Shown: positions 9,976-21,299 of the stretch, piece after piece
Layout of the letters: the number at the start of each line of letters is the position of its first letter
Position numbering within the stretch: position 1 is the stretch's first letter
Assembly: GCA_040753155.1 (NCBI GenBank)
Contig: JBFMEU010000001.1
Location: 13,273 to 77,272 of the forward strand
Direction: 5' to 3'
Length of the DNA: 64,000 nt
From: Bacillota bacterium
GTDB lineage: Bacteria; Bacillota; Desulfotomaculia; Desulfotomaculales; JBFMEU01
The notes under the pieces: model-generated
Told to the model about the DNA's origin: nothing
Seen by the model: the letters and a program-made list of their open reading frames with translations, nothing else
The model's database searches: none
Translations under genes and position numbers: made by a program

Positions 9976-11577
9976 ATGAGAGGAAGAGCGTTCTTAACGG
10001 CGTTACTGACCCTGGTTTTCTGTTTGACTGCGGTATTCCCCGTTGGCGCTGCCCAACCGGCAGCCAAAGATCTGGTATTGAATGCGGTCAAGAACTTCGA
10101 TCTGGGGATCAATCAAGGCTTCTACGAACAATCATACGGTGAAGCCAACATTACCGTTACTAGATTCGGCGGGAGTTTGTCCGAAGTGTTGGGCGATTAT
10201 TCAGGCTCAAAAATCCGGCTCTTTATGACGCTGGATGATTCCCAAAAAGCGATGAAACTAAGCTATAACACAGACATCAAGGGCCTTGCCCGTGGTGGTG
10301 AGGTTTATATTTTGGACGACAAAATCGTCCTCACCAAAGACTTGTTTTACTTGCTGCAGGACTTCGGTGTCGACGTTTTTGAACACAGTGACTTCTCTCT
10401 GGCTGAAGCCCCCAAGTATCTCTACTTGACTGATCCCCAATTCAAGGCGGTCTGGGAACAGATGGCCGACTACCAAAACCGGCAATTGCCTGAAGAATAC
10501 ACTGAACTGCTGCTGTTCCTGGTGGAAGCCATACCCGACGAGTGTTTCCGTTTGTCTCCGGCTAAAGTTACCATTCAGCTGGACCAGGATGGTCTTGTGA
10601 ACACTATTATCAACTTGCTAACGAAGATGAACAACGAAAGTGAGCGATTCGCCGAGATAATGGTCGGTGCCAACCGGCACAGTTTCGAACAAATGGGGAT
10701 GGATCCCGAAGAAATGAAGCGGGAAATGGCTGACAGCATGAAAGACATGCCCGTTCCGACCAGGGAGGAAGTACAGGCGGTAATGAGCCTGGTGGAAGTA
10801 AAGGACTTCACTTTTGAATATTCCCTTCTTCCCGGCGGCCCCAAGAAATTCAATGTGGACTTGGGCTTTAACGCGCCGGATGATTCGGCAAAGGGGTCGC
10901 TTGCGTTCTCGATGGATATGGCGGGCAAGCAAAACAATCTTCAAGGCTCGTACCGTTTGGCCGGCGGCTTCAGTGCCGTGGACGGCCCGGGAATCGATTT
11001 TGCCTACGACGGCAAGTCCAGTTATGCAGACACTGTCGCCCACTCCGAGTTTGTCGTCAACATGGTGGCCAGGGACAACAAAACCGGGGACTTGATGCTG
11101 GATTTCGGCCTGACGGGAGATTCGGTCAGTAAAGTCGACCCCAACCTGGACTTGGACGTCCCGGTGCTTGCATCCGAGAACAGCGTGGACATCACCGAGG
11201 TTGTCACCATGGGGCCTGCGGTCACCAACGAACCAATGGAACCCGACCTCCGCCTGGTGGTCAACGGCGTTGAACTCAAAGCCAAGGCCGGAATCGGGAA
11301 ACAGGGAGAATTGGTGGTCCCGGCGAGGGCGGTGCTTGAGCAGTTGGGTTGCGAGGTTATATGGGTTGAACCGGATGAGGTCCGGATCGTTGCTGACGAT
11401 GAGATCATTTCACTCTTCATCAATCAAAACAGGTTTACAGTAAACGGCGCCGAGAGAAGACTGACCGTACCGCCCTTCGTAGAAGCAGGCACGGCCATGA
11501 TCCCGCTGGAGTTCGTCATAGACCACATCGGAGCCGGACTGACCTTTGCGAATCGCAGTCTCGTGATCACCAACTAA
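9976..11577 (+). CDS. secreted protein with C-terminal copper-amine-oxidase N-terminal-like (stalk) domain
   Basis: Signal-peptide start MRGRAFLTALLTLVFCLTAVFPVGAAQP at ATG 9976, preceded by GGGGG. The C-terminus (VVPARAVLEQLGCEVIWVEPDEVRIV...TAMIPLEFVIDHIGAGL) fits the Cu_amine_oxidN1 pattern. Confidence 0.75.
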   Translation: MRGRAFLTALLTLVFCLTAVFPVGAAQPAAKDLVLNAVKNFDLGINQGFYEQSYGEANITVTRFGGSLSEVLGDYSGSKIRLFMTLDDSQKAMKLSYNTDIKGLARGGEVYILDDKIVLTKDLFYLLQDFGVDVFEHSDFSLAEAPKYLYLTDPQFKAVWEQMADYQNRQLPEEYTELLLFLVEAIPDECFRLSPAKVTIQLDQDGLVNTIINLLTKMNNESERFAEIMVGANRHSFEQMGMDPEEMKREMADSMKDMPVPTREEVQAVMSLVEVKDFTFEYSLLPGGPKKFNVDLGFNAPDDSAKGSLAFSMDMAGKQNNLQGSYRLAGGFSAVDGPGIDFAYDGKSSYADTVAHSEFVVNMVARDNKTGDLMLDFGLTGDSVSKVDPNLDLDVPVLASENSVDITEVVTMGPAVTNEPMEPDLRLVVNGVELKAKAGIGKQGELVVPARAVLEQLGCEVIWVEPDEVRIVADDEIISLFINQNRFTVNGAERRLTVPPFVEAGTAMIPLEFVIDHIGAGLTFANRSLVITN

Positions 11578-11602
11578 ACCCAAGCCACACTGTACTATGA
11601 AA

Positions 11603-11639
11603 GCGGGGGCAAGGCGTGCCGGGCGCGCCTTGCCCCCGC
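11603..11639 (+). terminator. GC-rich hairpin downstream of the 9976-11577 gene
   Basis: GCGGGGGCAAGGCG / CGCCTTGCCCCCGC form a 14-bp stem. There is no clear U-tract. Confidence 0.45.
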
Positions 11640-11687
11640 TGGCGTCAAATCTTCCCCCATGCGCGGGTCGGCACTTACATTGACGTT

Positions 11688-11813
11688 ATGAATTCCTACA
11701 AAAAAACCTGTTCAATGCTCCTGGAAGCGGAAGCCGCCAAAATCTCAGGCGCCAAAACCTATACCATTGAGGAAGTCAGTGAGAGGTTAAAAAAGCTGAT
11801 AAATGAAGTATAG
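11688..11813 (+). pseudogene. C-terminal remnant of a Phd/RelB-type antitoxin
   Basis: LLEAEAAKISGAKTYTIEEVSERLKKLINEV parallels the C-terminus of the intact antitoxin at 36967-37251 (LKEAELEAETTGKRFSHKEVFSGLRRKL). It overlaps the downstream toxin-like start. Confidence 0.5.
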
Positions 11814-11931
11814 AGTTAAGTTTCTGCAAACAGCCCTTGATGATTTAGGGGGAATCGTATTGCACATTCCAAGGTTGTTTGCTAGTCAACTGAAAAACGA
11901 GCAAAATGTGCAGTTTCAAAGTGATTGCTGA
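11803..11931 (+). pseudogene. truncated ParE/RelE-family toxin (42 codons)
   Basis: My translation is MKYRVKFLQTALDDLGGIVLHI..., a typical ParE N-terminus. The ATG overlaps the antitoxin stop. The frame then diverges and stops. Confidence 0.5.
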
Positions 11932-12060
11932 TAAACTGGGAGCCACCAGTGACGCGGGTAAACCGGCCGGTCTACCCGCGTCACTGCAGTACGGTAGAAA
12001 TCCCCTGGTTTACCAGGTATTTGGACATCTCCCGGTTAAGTGCAGTAAAGTCACCCTAGC

Positions 12061-13890
<1,830 letters not shown>

Positions 13891-13999
13891 TTATTTTAAC
13901 CCTCCTGTATTCAGATCTCTCTAAAAAAGTCGAAGGTTGGTACCTTAAAAAACACAAAGTGCCCCGGGCACGGCAAAATGCCCACGGCACAACTATCGA

Positions 14000-14176
14000 C
14001 ATATTTGGTTGCCCATGCCGCCCGACGGTTGCCCGGCACCCTTTGTCCTGCCGGTTGCCCGGCAGTTTTGTAGTACCTTTGACGGTGGCAACCACACCGG
14101 AGAGCATCCGCCGAAAAAATCGATGACTCCCCCCTCGTCAACCGGGAGCAGCTGCTGCCCGGTTCCGGCGCTTTAG
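14000..14176 (-). ncRNA. glmS ribozyme: glmS ribozyme (GlcN6P-dependent) in the glmS 5' leader
   Basis: The - strand reads AAAGCGCCGGAACCGGGCAGCAGCUGCUCCCGGUUGACGAGGGGGGAGUCAUCGAUUUUUUCGGCGGAUGCUCUCCGG. This matches the B. subtilis core (AGCGCCAGAACU...GACGAGG...AUCGAAUUUUCGGCGGAUGCC). The 3' boundary is approximate. Confidence 0.85.
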
Positions 14177-14251
14177 TTAGTTGTCAGGTTACCTCGCCCC
14201 GCCTGGCCGCGCCGGGGCTGCCCATCACCTCCCGTAACAGGGTTCCCGGGG

Positions 14252-15592
14252 CTAGACCCCCAGGCGCCGCACCAGATCCACCAGCTCATCCACCACGGCC
14301 CGCAGTTCACCGGCATCCCGGCCCTCGCCCATCACCCGGACCAATGGCTCGGTACCCGAAGGGCGCACCAGAATGCGGCCGCTGCCGGCCAGGCACCGCT
14401 CCGCGGCGGCAATGGCCTCCGCCAGCTCATTACTGGCCATTACTTCCTGCTTGTTGTTCACCTTCACGTTAACCAGCAGCTGGGGCAGCTTTTCCATCTG
14501 GGCCGCCAGTTCCCCCAGGGGTTTGTTCTTTTCCTTGACTGCCGCCAGCAGCTGCAGGGCCGTTAGCAGCCCGTCACCGGTGGTGGCGTGGTCCAGGAAC
14601 AAAATGTGGCCCGACTGCTCACCGCCGAAGCGGGCCCCGGAGCGCAGCATTTCCTCCAGCACGTAGCGGTCCCCGACTTTAGTTTCCAGCACTTTGATGC
14701 CGGACTCCCGCATGGCCAGGTGCAGGCCCAGGTTGCTCATTACGGTTACTACTATTGTATTCCCGGCCAGGCGCCCCAGTTCCTTTAAATAACGGGCACA
14801 GATCACCATGATCTGATCTCCGTCGACAATACGGCCAGCAGCATCCACGGCCAGCACCCGGTCGGCGTCGCCGTCATGGGCCAGCCCCAGGTCGGCCCGG
14901 TGCTCCCTTACCGCCGCCTGCACCATATCCAGGCAGGTGGAGCCGCAATTCAGGTTGATGTTCACCCCGTCGGGCCGGTTGTTGATGGCAATGACTTCGG
15001 CCCCCAGCTCCGCCAGCGCCCCGGGGGCAACCCCGGAGGCGGCGCCGTTGGCGCAGTCCAAAACCACTTTGAGCCCGGAAAAGTCAACCTGCACGGTATT
15101 TTTCAAAAAACCTACATAACGGTCCACGGCGTCCGGAAGATCGGCAATCCGCCCCACACCGCCGCCGGTGGGGGCCGGGATGGTGTCAAGGTTCCCCAGG
15201 GCCAGCTGTTCTATCTCCAACTCCAGGCCGTCGGTCAGCTTGTAGCCGCCGGGCCCGAAAAATTTAATGCCGTTATCTTCAAAGGAGTTGTGGGAGGCGG
15301 AGATGACAACTCCCCCGGCGGCGCCCAGTTCCTTGATCAGGCAGGCCACCCCGGGGGTGGGCAATACGCCGGCCAGCAAGACGTCCACCCCCGCCGAGCA
15401 AAGCCCGGCGGCCAGGGCCGCCTCCAGCATGTCGCATGATTTTCTGGTATCCTTACCGATGATGACCCGGCTGCCGGCCTTACTTTTACTTAATACCGCC
15501 CCACCGGCCCGGCCCAGACGAAGCGCCGTTTCCGGGGTCAAATCCTTGTTAGCCACACCACGCACACCATCAGTACCAAACAATACCGCCAT
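14252..15592 (-). CDS. glmM: phosphoglucosamine mutase
   Basis: LFGTDGVRGVAN and the phosphoserine loop SASHNSFEDNGIKFF. ATG at 15592 has AGGAGG 8 nt upstream. The ORF-track TTG at 15616 is unlikely to be the start. Confidence 0.95.
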   Translation of the reverse strand: MAVLFGTDGVRGVANKDLTPETALRLGRAGGAVLSKSKAGSRVIIGKDTRKSCDMLEAALAAGLCSAGVDVLLAGVLPTPGVACLIKELGAAGGVVISASHNSFEDNGIKFFGPGGYKLTDGLELEIEQLALGNLDTIPAPTGGGVGRIADLPDAVDRYVGFLKNTVQVDFSGLKVVLDCANGAASGVAPGALAELGAEVIAINNRPDGVNINLNCGSTCLDMVQAAVREHRADLGLAHDGDADRVLAVDAAGRIVDGDQIMVICARYLKELGRLAGNTIVVTVMSNLGLHLAMRESGIKVLETKVGDRYVLEEMLRSGARFGGEQSGHILFLDHATTGDGLLTALQLLAAVKEKNKPLGELAAQMEKLPQLLVNVKVNNKQEVMASNELAEAIAAAERCLAGSGRILVRPSGTEPLVRVMGEGRDAGELRAVVDELVDLVRRLGV

Positions 15593-15743
15593 GCACCGGT
15601 CCTCCTGTTTGCTCAAATGTCTAACTCATTATAATCCTCGCCAGGTTTGTTGTCAATTATAGACAATTGTTCAACTATTTATATATATTATGATCATCTG
15701 TCATTCCGGGTCCGGATTTTCGGCATGTAAATCCTGCCGGTTA

Positions 15744-16697
15744 CTAATGTTCCTCCGGAGGCGGCGGCTCACCTCCATTGTTCCCGCCGCTACCGGTCTC
15801 GGGTATGGGCTCAACCCTGATCACAACCTCCACCCGGCCGGGCTCCGCACCCTGGGCGCCGGGAGGCGCGATTAATCCAACCTGCCTGGTAACATCCGCA
15901 ACCACCCCGGTGATATTGATGGTTTCCGTGGCCACCGGCTGAATATTTCCTTCAGTCCCCGGCGGCAGGAGCACCTGCACGGTTTCCGGCCGCACAGTTA
16001 CGCCGGTGACATGGTAACCCTGGGCGGGGCTGCCGCTAAGGCGCGGACTTACCGCCACCTGGGCGGGCTGCAGGGCATTAACCGGCACCACCACCCGCAC
16101 GTTCTCCGGGGACAGGCGCACCCTGTCCAGGCCGGTGGATACCGCCAGCATGGTGTCCACCACATCCCCGGCCCCTTCAAGATCAACGGTCACAACCACC
16201 TGGTTGACCTCCTCCAGCCACCTGGCAGGACCCCGGGCCTGGACCACTGACGGCTCCAAAACAGGTTCCCCGGCAAAATAGCCCGGCGCCGGGGCACCCT
16301 TGACATTTACCAGCACCCTCACCTGTTTTTCCGCCAGGCGATCCACCACTACTTCCACCCGGGATGGACGTACAACGGACATCTGCACCCCGGTGGGGGC
16401 GCTTACTGAAACCGGCAGCCCGAACTGCCCCGGCTCAACCCCGTCAAAATCAATCACTGCCTTGAAGTCTGCGCTGCTTATACCGGCCAGCTGGCCCCGG
16501 GTTCCCTGCACCCGCACATCCACCGTACCCGGCAGCCCGTCCACCGTGAGCTCGCCGGCCAGGTTGCTGGCCTGCAGGGGAATGGCAAACACCTGCTCGG
16601 TCAAGGGATTGCGGTCTATGGTGACGTGCAGCCACATGGCCGTGGCGAGAAGTATTGATAGGACCATGATATATTTGTCCCGCCACTGAAACAGCAA
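15744..16697 (-). CDS. cdaR: YbbR-domain protein (CdaA regulator CdaR)
   Basis: N-terminal TM segment plus repeated YbbR-like beta modules. Conserved position between cdaA and glmM. Confidence 0.8.
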   Translation of the reverse strand: MLFQWRDKYIMVLSILLATAMWLHVTIDRNPLTEQVFAIPLQASNLAGELTVDGLPGTVDVRVQGTRGQLAGISSADFKAVIDFDGVEPGQFGLPVSVSAPTGVQMSVVRPSRVEVVVDRLAEKQVRVLVNVKGAPAPGYFAGEPVLEPSVVQARGPARWLEEVNQVVVTVDLEGAGDVVDTMLAVSTGLDRVRLSPENVRVVVPVNALQPAQVAVSPRLSGSPAQGYHVTGVTVRPETVQVLLPPGTEGNIQPVATETINITGVVADVTRQVGLIAPPGAQGAEPGRVEVVIRVEPIPETGSGGNNGGEPPPPEEH

Positions 16698-16703
16698 GGG
16701 TGA

Positions 16704-17570
16704 TCACCTCCGGTGCCACAAATTGTTCAATTTGTTCTGGGGCTTTTCTTGCTGCAGAGCCTTAATCAACCGGTCCCTGAGGGCGGCCTCGTCCATGTTC
16801 CGGGTGAGTATGCCCTCACCGGCCAGGGTTATGGCTCCCGTTTCCTCGGACACAATTAGCGCCAGGGCATCGGACTCCTCGGTTATACCCAGGCCGGCCC
16901 GGTGCCGGGTGCCCAGATTGCGGTCAATATAGGGGCTTGGGGACAGGGGCAGCACACAGGCCGCCGCCGCCACCCGGTCGCCCCGGATAATTACCGCTCC
17001 GTCATGGAGGGGGGTTTTCGGGACAAAGATATTCACCAGCAGTTCTGCCGAAACCATGGCATCCAGCCTGGTTCCGGTGTCTATAAACTCCTCCAGGCCG
17101 GTGTTGCGCTCCAGCACGATTAAGGCCCCCACCCGGTTGACCGCCATGGCGCCGGCGGCCCGGATTACCTCATCCACCAAGCGGGTGCGGTCAATGTCCG
17201 TCATCTGGGTCAGGGGGTTGAAGAATTTGCCGCCGCCCAGCTTTTCCAGAGCCCGGCGCAGCTCCGGCTGGAACACGATGGGCAGGGCCACCACCAGGGC
17301 CAGCCAGGCCTGGCTGAGCAGCCAGTACAGGGTATTCAGGTTAAGCCAGTTGCTTACGGCGGTGGCCACCAGGAGCACAACCAGCCCTTTGATCAGCTGT
17401 ACCGCCCGGGTCCCCTTGATCAGGAGCACCAGGCGGTAGAGCACAAAGGCCACGATGATAATATCAATAACGCTGAGGATATTAAATTCCCTGACGATTA
17501 GGGTTATATTATTTATAATATTATCCAGCCCGTCCACCTGATACACCCCCCCCCCGCAACTGCGCCGCAA
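16704..17570 (-). CDS. cdaA: diadenylate cyclase CdaA
   Basis: Three N-terminal TM helices plus DAC-domain motifs PLHDGAVII, GTRHRAGLGITE and IVSEETGAITLA. The true start is probably GTG at 17537 or 17546, behind a G10 tract. Confidence 0.92.
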   Translation of the reverse strand: MRRSCGGGVYQVDGLDNIINNITLIVREFNILSVIDIIIVAFVLYRLVLLIKGTRAVQLIKGLVVLLVATAVSNWLNLNTLYWLLSQAWLALVVALPIVFQPELRRALEKLGGGKFFNPLTQMTDIDRTRLVDEVIRAAGAMAVNRVGALIVLERNTGLEEFIDTGTRLDAMVSAELLVNIFVPKTPLHDGAVIIRGDRVAAAACVLPLSPSPYIDRNLGTRHRAGLGITEESDALALIVSEETGAITLAGEGILTRNMDEAALRDRLIKALQQEKPQNKLNNLWHRR

Positions 17571-17672
17571 ACATATCCGCTAGTCCCCATTATAGTTCCT
17601 TTGCCAGGAACGTCAAGGGACAATTAATACCTTGTCCTAAAAACAAGTAATCCAGCAATGATTACACATCTA

Positions 17673-18986
17673 TCAGGCAAGTAAATCCTTGAGAACCCCC
17701 ACTGCATAAAGCGGCACATTGGTAAGCCATTGTTCCTTGCGATAGTCGGACATGGAGGCTCGCACCGCATGCCGGGGGCGATATTTTTCACAATAGAACT
17801 TTAGGCTTTTCGCTTTGAGGTTTTCCTCGGCCTTGACTTCAACAGGTACAACATCCGAATCAAGCTGGAACACAAAATCCACCTCGGCCGTGGCGCGTTC
17901 CGCCGTCCAGTAAAAAACCTCAATCCCACCCTCGGCAAGAAGCTGTTGCTGGACATATTGTTCGGTCAAAGCTCCTTTAAATTCCTCAAATACACGGTTT
18001 CCCTCCAGCAGAGACTTTAAATCCAACCCGCTTTTGGCGGCGAGCAATCCCACGTCCACCATATACAGCTTGAATACGCTTTGCTCCTGATAAGCCATCA
18101 ACGGCATATCAGGCTTTGTAACACGGCAGACTTTATGAATCAGGCCGCAATCCAAAAGCCACTGCATGGCAAGCTCAAACTCTTTGGCTCTTGCACCTTG
18201 ACGGATCAAGCCATAGATAAATTTACGGTTTTCCTTGGCCAGCTGCGCGGGAACGGAATTCCACAGCATACGGATCCGGGGCACCGTCTCATTGGGGGCA
18301 TGCTTGGAAAAATCCTGCTCATAAGCTTCTAAAAGGCGGTTCTGTATCCGTCTGACCTCCCGGTAATCTTTCTGCCCGGCAAAGGAAGCCACTGCTTCCG
18401 GCATCCCGCCCACATAGTAATACTGTTTAAGCAAGTCGGTATACTTTCCTTTAAATGCGGTAATGAGGCTGAAATCCCGCGAACGAAGAAGATCGGCAAG
18501 ATTGCTGTTCTCAGTTGCTTCGAGAAACTCTAAGAAACTCATTGGGTATAGTTTAAGAAAATCCACCTTACCGACAGGAAAGGACGTCCCCGGGTGCAGG
18601 GCGACACCCAGCATTGAGCCCGCAGCCAGTATAGCATACTCGGGCGCGTTTTCGTTGAAGTATTTCAAGGAGGTAAGCGCACGCGGCACCTCCTGCACTT
18701 CATCAAAGATGATTAATGTATCGGAAGCGGTGATAGTGATTCCTGCTTCAATCTGTAAAGCAGTGACCAAGCGGTTGATATCTAAATCTCCTTGAAACAG
18801 TGAAATCATCCGCTCATTGTTATCGAAGTTGATATAGGCAACCTTTTTAAACCGGGTGCGCCCGAATTCACGCATGAGCCATGTCTTACCTACCTGTCTT
18901 GCCCCGCGGATTATCAGCGGCTTACGGTCTTTCCGCTTTTTCCAGTTTTCCAGTTCTTTCATAGCGTAACGAATCATAGGCCTCAC
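17673..18986 (-). CDS. AAA+ ATPase of the AAA_14/DUF4143 type (COG1373-like)
   Basis: 437-aa ORF. Walker A IIRGARQVGKTWL and Walker B LIIFDEVQ. C-terminal region has the DUF4143-type layout. Confidence 0.75.
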   Translation of the reverse strand: MRPMIRYAMKELENWKKRKDRKPLIIRGARQVGKTWLMREFGRTRFKKVAYINFDNNERMISLFQGDLDINRLVTALQIEAGITITASDTLIIFDEVQEVPRALTSLKYFNENAPEYAILAAGSMLGVALHPGTSFPVGKVDFLKLYPMSFLEFLEATENSNLADLLRSRDFSLITAFKGKYTDLLKQYYYVGGMPEAVASFAGQKDYREVRRIQNRLLEAYEQDFSKHAPNETVPRIRMLWNSVPAQLAKENRKFIYGLIRQGARAKEFELAMQWLLDCGLIHKVCRVTKPDMPLMAYQEQSVFKLYMVDVGLLAAKSGLDLKSLLEGNRVFEEFKGALTEQYVQQQLLAEGGIEVFYWTAERATAEVDFVFQLDSDVVPVEVKAEENLKAKSLKFYCEKYRPRHAVRASMSDYRKEQWLTNVPLYAVGVLKDLLA

Positions 18987-19164
18987 CTCGTTTTATTATC
19001 TTAATTATATCCTTTTTATACATATTTACAAACGAATATAGTATAAGTTATAACATTAGTTCAAATGAATAACCGAAGCAATGCTCGTTATGAGTATTTT
19101 ACAGCTTTTATCGCCTTGCCAATCATCTTCGTGACGAAAGGCGCAGCCTGTTCCGCCAGGCTTG

Positions 19165-19198
19165 ATCAAAGAAAAAGAGTCTGGTTGCACCAGACTCC
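19165..19198 (-). terminator. intrinsic terminator downstream of the ilv/leu/cimA operon
   Basis: The - strand reads GGGAGUCUGGUGCAACCAGACUCUUUUUCUUUG. 9-bp stem, 3-nt loop, U-tract. Confidence 0.7.
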
Positions 19199-19290
19199 CA
19201 ATGGCCGGAATATTAGTAAGCATTCAGTAAACCAGGTGGAGGCACGGCGTTATCGTTAGCGAACGACGCAGCATAGCCGGTAACATCACC

Positions 19291-19419
<129 letters not shown>

Positions 19420-19423
19420 TTCT

Positions 19424-19496
19424 GCGCGGAGCACTGGAGCGAGCGGTGATACCGTAGTGCTTTAACACCGGTTTCACTGAATATATACGAATATTG
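19424..19496 (+). repeat. about 70-nt repeat, inverted copy of 26187-26249
   Basis: GCGCGGAGCACTGGAGCGAGCGGTGATA..TTAACACCGGTTTCACTGAATATAT is the reverse complement of 26187-26249 with a few mismatches. A partial third match lies at 19240-19256. Confidence 0.75.
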
Positions 19497-19549
19497 TGGT
19501 AAACGATCTGCAAATGGCGGCGAACGGATACCCGGCGGAGCAATGCAAT

Positions 19550-21157
19550 TTATCCCCCGGCAGTTGCCTTTTTTTCCTTGTCTTCCTGTTTAATCTGATC
19601 GCCTTTCAGTAAACCGTAGGCTATGCTGTCCACCAGGGCCAGCCAGCTGGCCTCGATGATGTTGGTGCTTACCCCCACGGTGCCCCAGGAGTTTTGCCCG
19701 TCACCGGTTTCCACCAGCACCCGCACCCGGGCGCCGGTACCGTCTTTTTCCTCCAGTACCCGTACCTTGTAGTCGTTGAGCTGCATTTTCATGACCTCGG
19801 GATAGAAGGCCTCCAGGGCTTTTCTGAGGGCGTTGTCCAGGGCGTTTATCGGCCCGTTGCCCTCGGCCGCGGTGTGCATGACCTGGCCGTCCACCACCAG
19901 CTTGATGATGGCCTCGGAATAAACCGGGTTGTTTTCCCGCATTTCGATGATGATCCGGAGGTTTTCCAGCTTGAAGGGCTCCTGGTAATCCTGGTTCATT
20001 TTGCGCACCAGCAGCTCAAAGGAACCCTCGGCCCCCTCAAACTGGTAGCCCATGTTTTCCAGGTGCTTGATTTCTTCCAGCAAACGCCGGTTGTCTTCGT
20101 TATTCTGGTGCGGGTCAAGGTTGAGTTCCTGGCACTTGTAAATCAGGCTGCCCACGCCGCTCAGCTCGGAAACCAGTACCCGCCGCCGGTTGCCTACCTC
20201 CGCCGGGTCCAGGTGCTCGTAGGTGCGGGGGTTTTTCAGGATGGCGCTCACGTGCACTCCCCCCTTGTGAGCAAAGGCGCTGAGCCCCACATAGGGCTGG
20301 TGCGGGTAGGGGTTCATGTTGGCCAGTTCGCTGACATAGCGGGAAACCTCGGTCAGCTGCCGGAGATTTTCCCGGGGTATGGACTCCATCCCCATCTTCA
20401 GGCTCAGGGCCGGGATAATGGAACACAGATTGGCATTGCCGCAGCGCTCCCCGTAGCCGTTAATGGTGCCCTGCACCTGCACCGCCCCGGCGGTTACGGC
20501 GGCCAGGCTGTTGGCCACCGCCAGCTCGCCGTCGTTGTGGCAGTGAATGCCCAGGGGAACCGCGATGCGGCCTGCCACCACGCCAACGATCGACTGGATT
20601 TCCAGAGGCAGGCTGCCCCCGTTGGTGTCGCACAAAATGATCCGCCTGGCCCCGCCTGCGGCGGCGGCCTCCAGGGTGGCCAGGGCGTAGTCCCGGTTGG
20701 CCTTGAAGCCGTCAAAGAAATGTTCGGCATCATAAAACACCGTCAGGCCGTACTTCTTTAAGTGGGCCACGGAGTCCCGGATCATGTGCAGGTTTTCCTC
20801 CAGGGTGGTGACCAGGGCCTTGGTGACGTGAAAGTCCCAGGTTTTGCCGAAGATGGTAGCCACCCCGGCCCCTGACTCCAGAATGTGCTGCAGGTTCTGG
20901 TCGGCACCGGGGGATATGCCGGGCCTGCGGGTGCTGCCAAAGGCTGTTATTTTGGCCCGCTCCAGGCGCTGGCCCTTGATGCGCCGGAAAAACTCCATGT
21001 CCTTGGGGTTAGAGCCGGGCCAGCCCCCTTCGATATAGTGAACCCCCATCTTATCCAGACGCAGGGCTATTTTCACCTTGTCTCCCGCCGACAGGGCGAT
21101 CCCTTCCCCCTGGGTGCCGTCTCGCAGGGTAGTGTCGTATATTTCAACTGACCGCAT
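19550..21157 (-). CDS. cimA: (R)-citramalate synthase (LeuA-family)
   Basis: MRSVEIYDTTLRDGTQGEGIALSAGDKVKIALRLDKMGVHYIEGGWPGSNPKDMEFF is the CimA-type N-terminus. C-terminal LeuA-dimer domain. ATG at 21157 follows GGGGGAGAAAAGCC. Confidence 0.85.
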   Translation of the reverse strand: MRSVEIYDTTLRDGTQGEGIALSAGDKVKIALRLDKMGVHYIEGGWPGSNPKDMEFFRRIKGQRLERAKITAFGSTRRPGISPGADQNLQHILESGAGVATIFGKTWDFHVTKALVTTLEENLHMIRDSVAHLKKYGLTVFYDAEHFFDGFKANRDYALATLEAAAAGGARRIILCDTNGGSLPLEIQSIVGVVAGRIAVPLGIHCHNDGELAVANSLAAVTAGAVQVQGTINGYGERCGNANLCSIIPALSLKMGMESIPRENLRQLTEVSRYVSELANMNPYPHQPYVGLSAFAHKGGVHVSAILKNPRTYEHLDPAEVGNRRRVLVSELSGVGSLIYKCQELNLDPHQNNEDNRRLLEEIKHLENMGYQFEGAEGSFELLVRKMNQDYQEPFKLENLRIIIEMRENNPVYSEAIIKLVVDGQVMHTAAEGNGPINALDNALRKALEAFYPEVMKMQLNDYKVRVLEEKDGTGARVRVLVETGDGQNSWGTVGVSTNIIEASWLALVDSIAYGLLKGDQIKQEDKEKKATAGG

Positions 21158-21274
21158 GGCTTTTCTCCCCCAAAAATACCGATTTATAACCTGAAAAACC
21201 CTTGCCTCATACAATTCATCTATCTAATTCCAAATCCTAATTCTAACGACTGAAGTCCACTGCATATCTTCCGG

Positions 21275-21299
21275 TGCCTGACGCCCGACGTCCGACGCC
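21275..21299. repeat. short heptanucleotide array (TGCCTGA CGCCCGA CGTCCGA CGCC)
   Basis: Same heptamer flavour as 26331-26407. Directly abuts the leuB stop codon (21299-21301). Confidence 0.7.
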
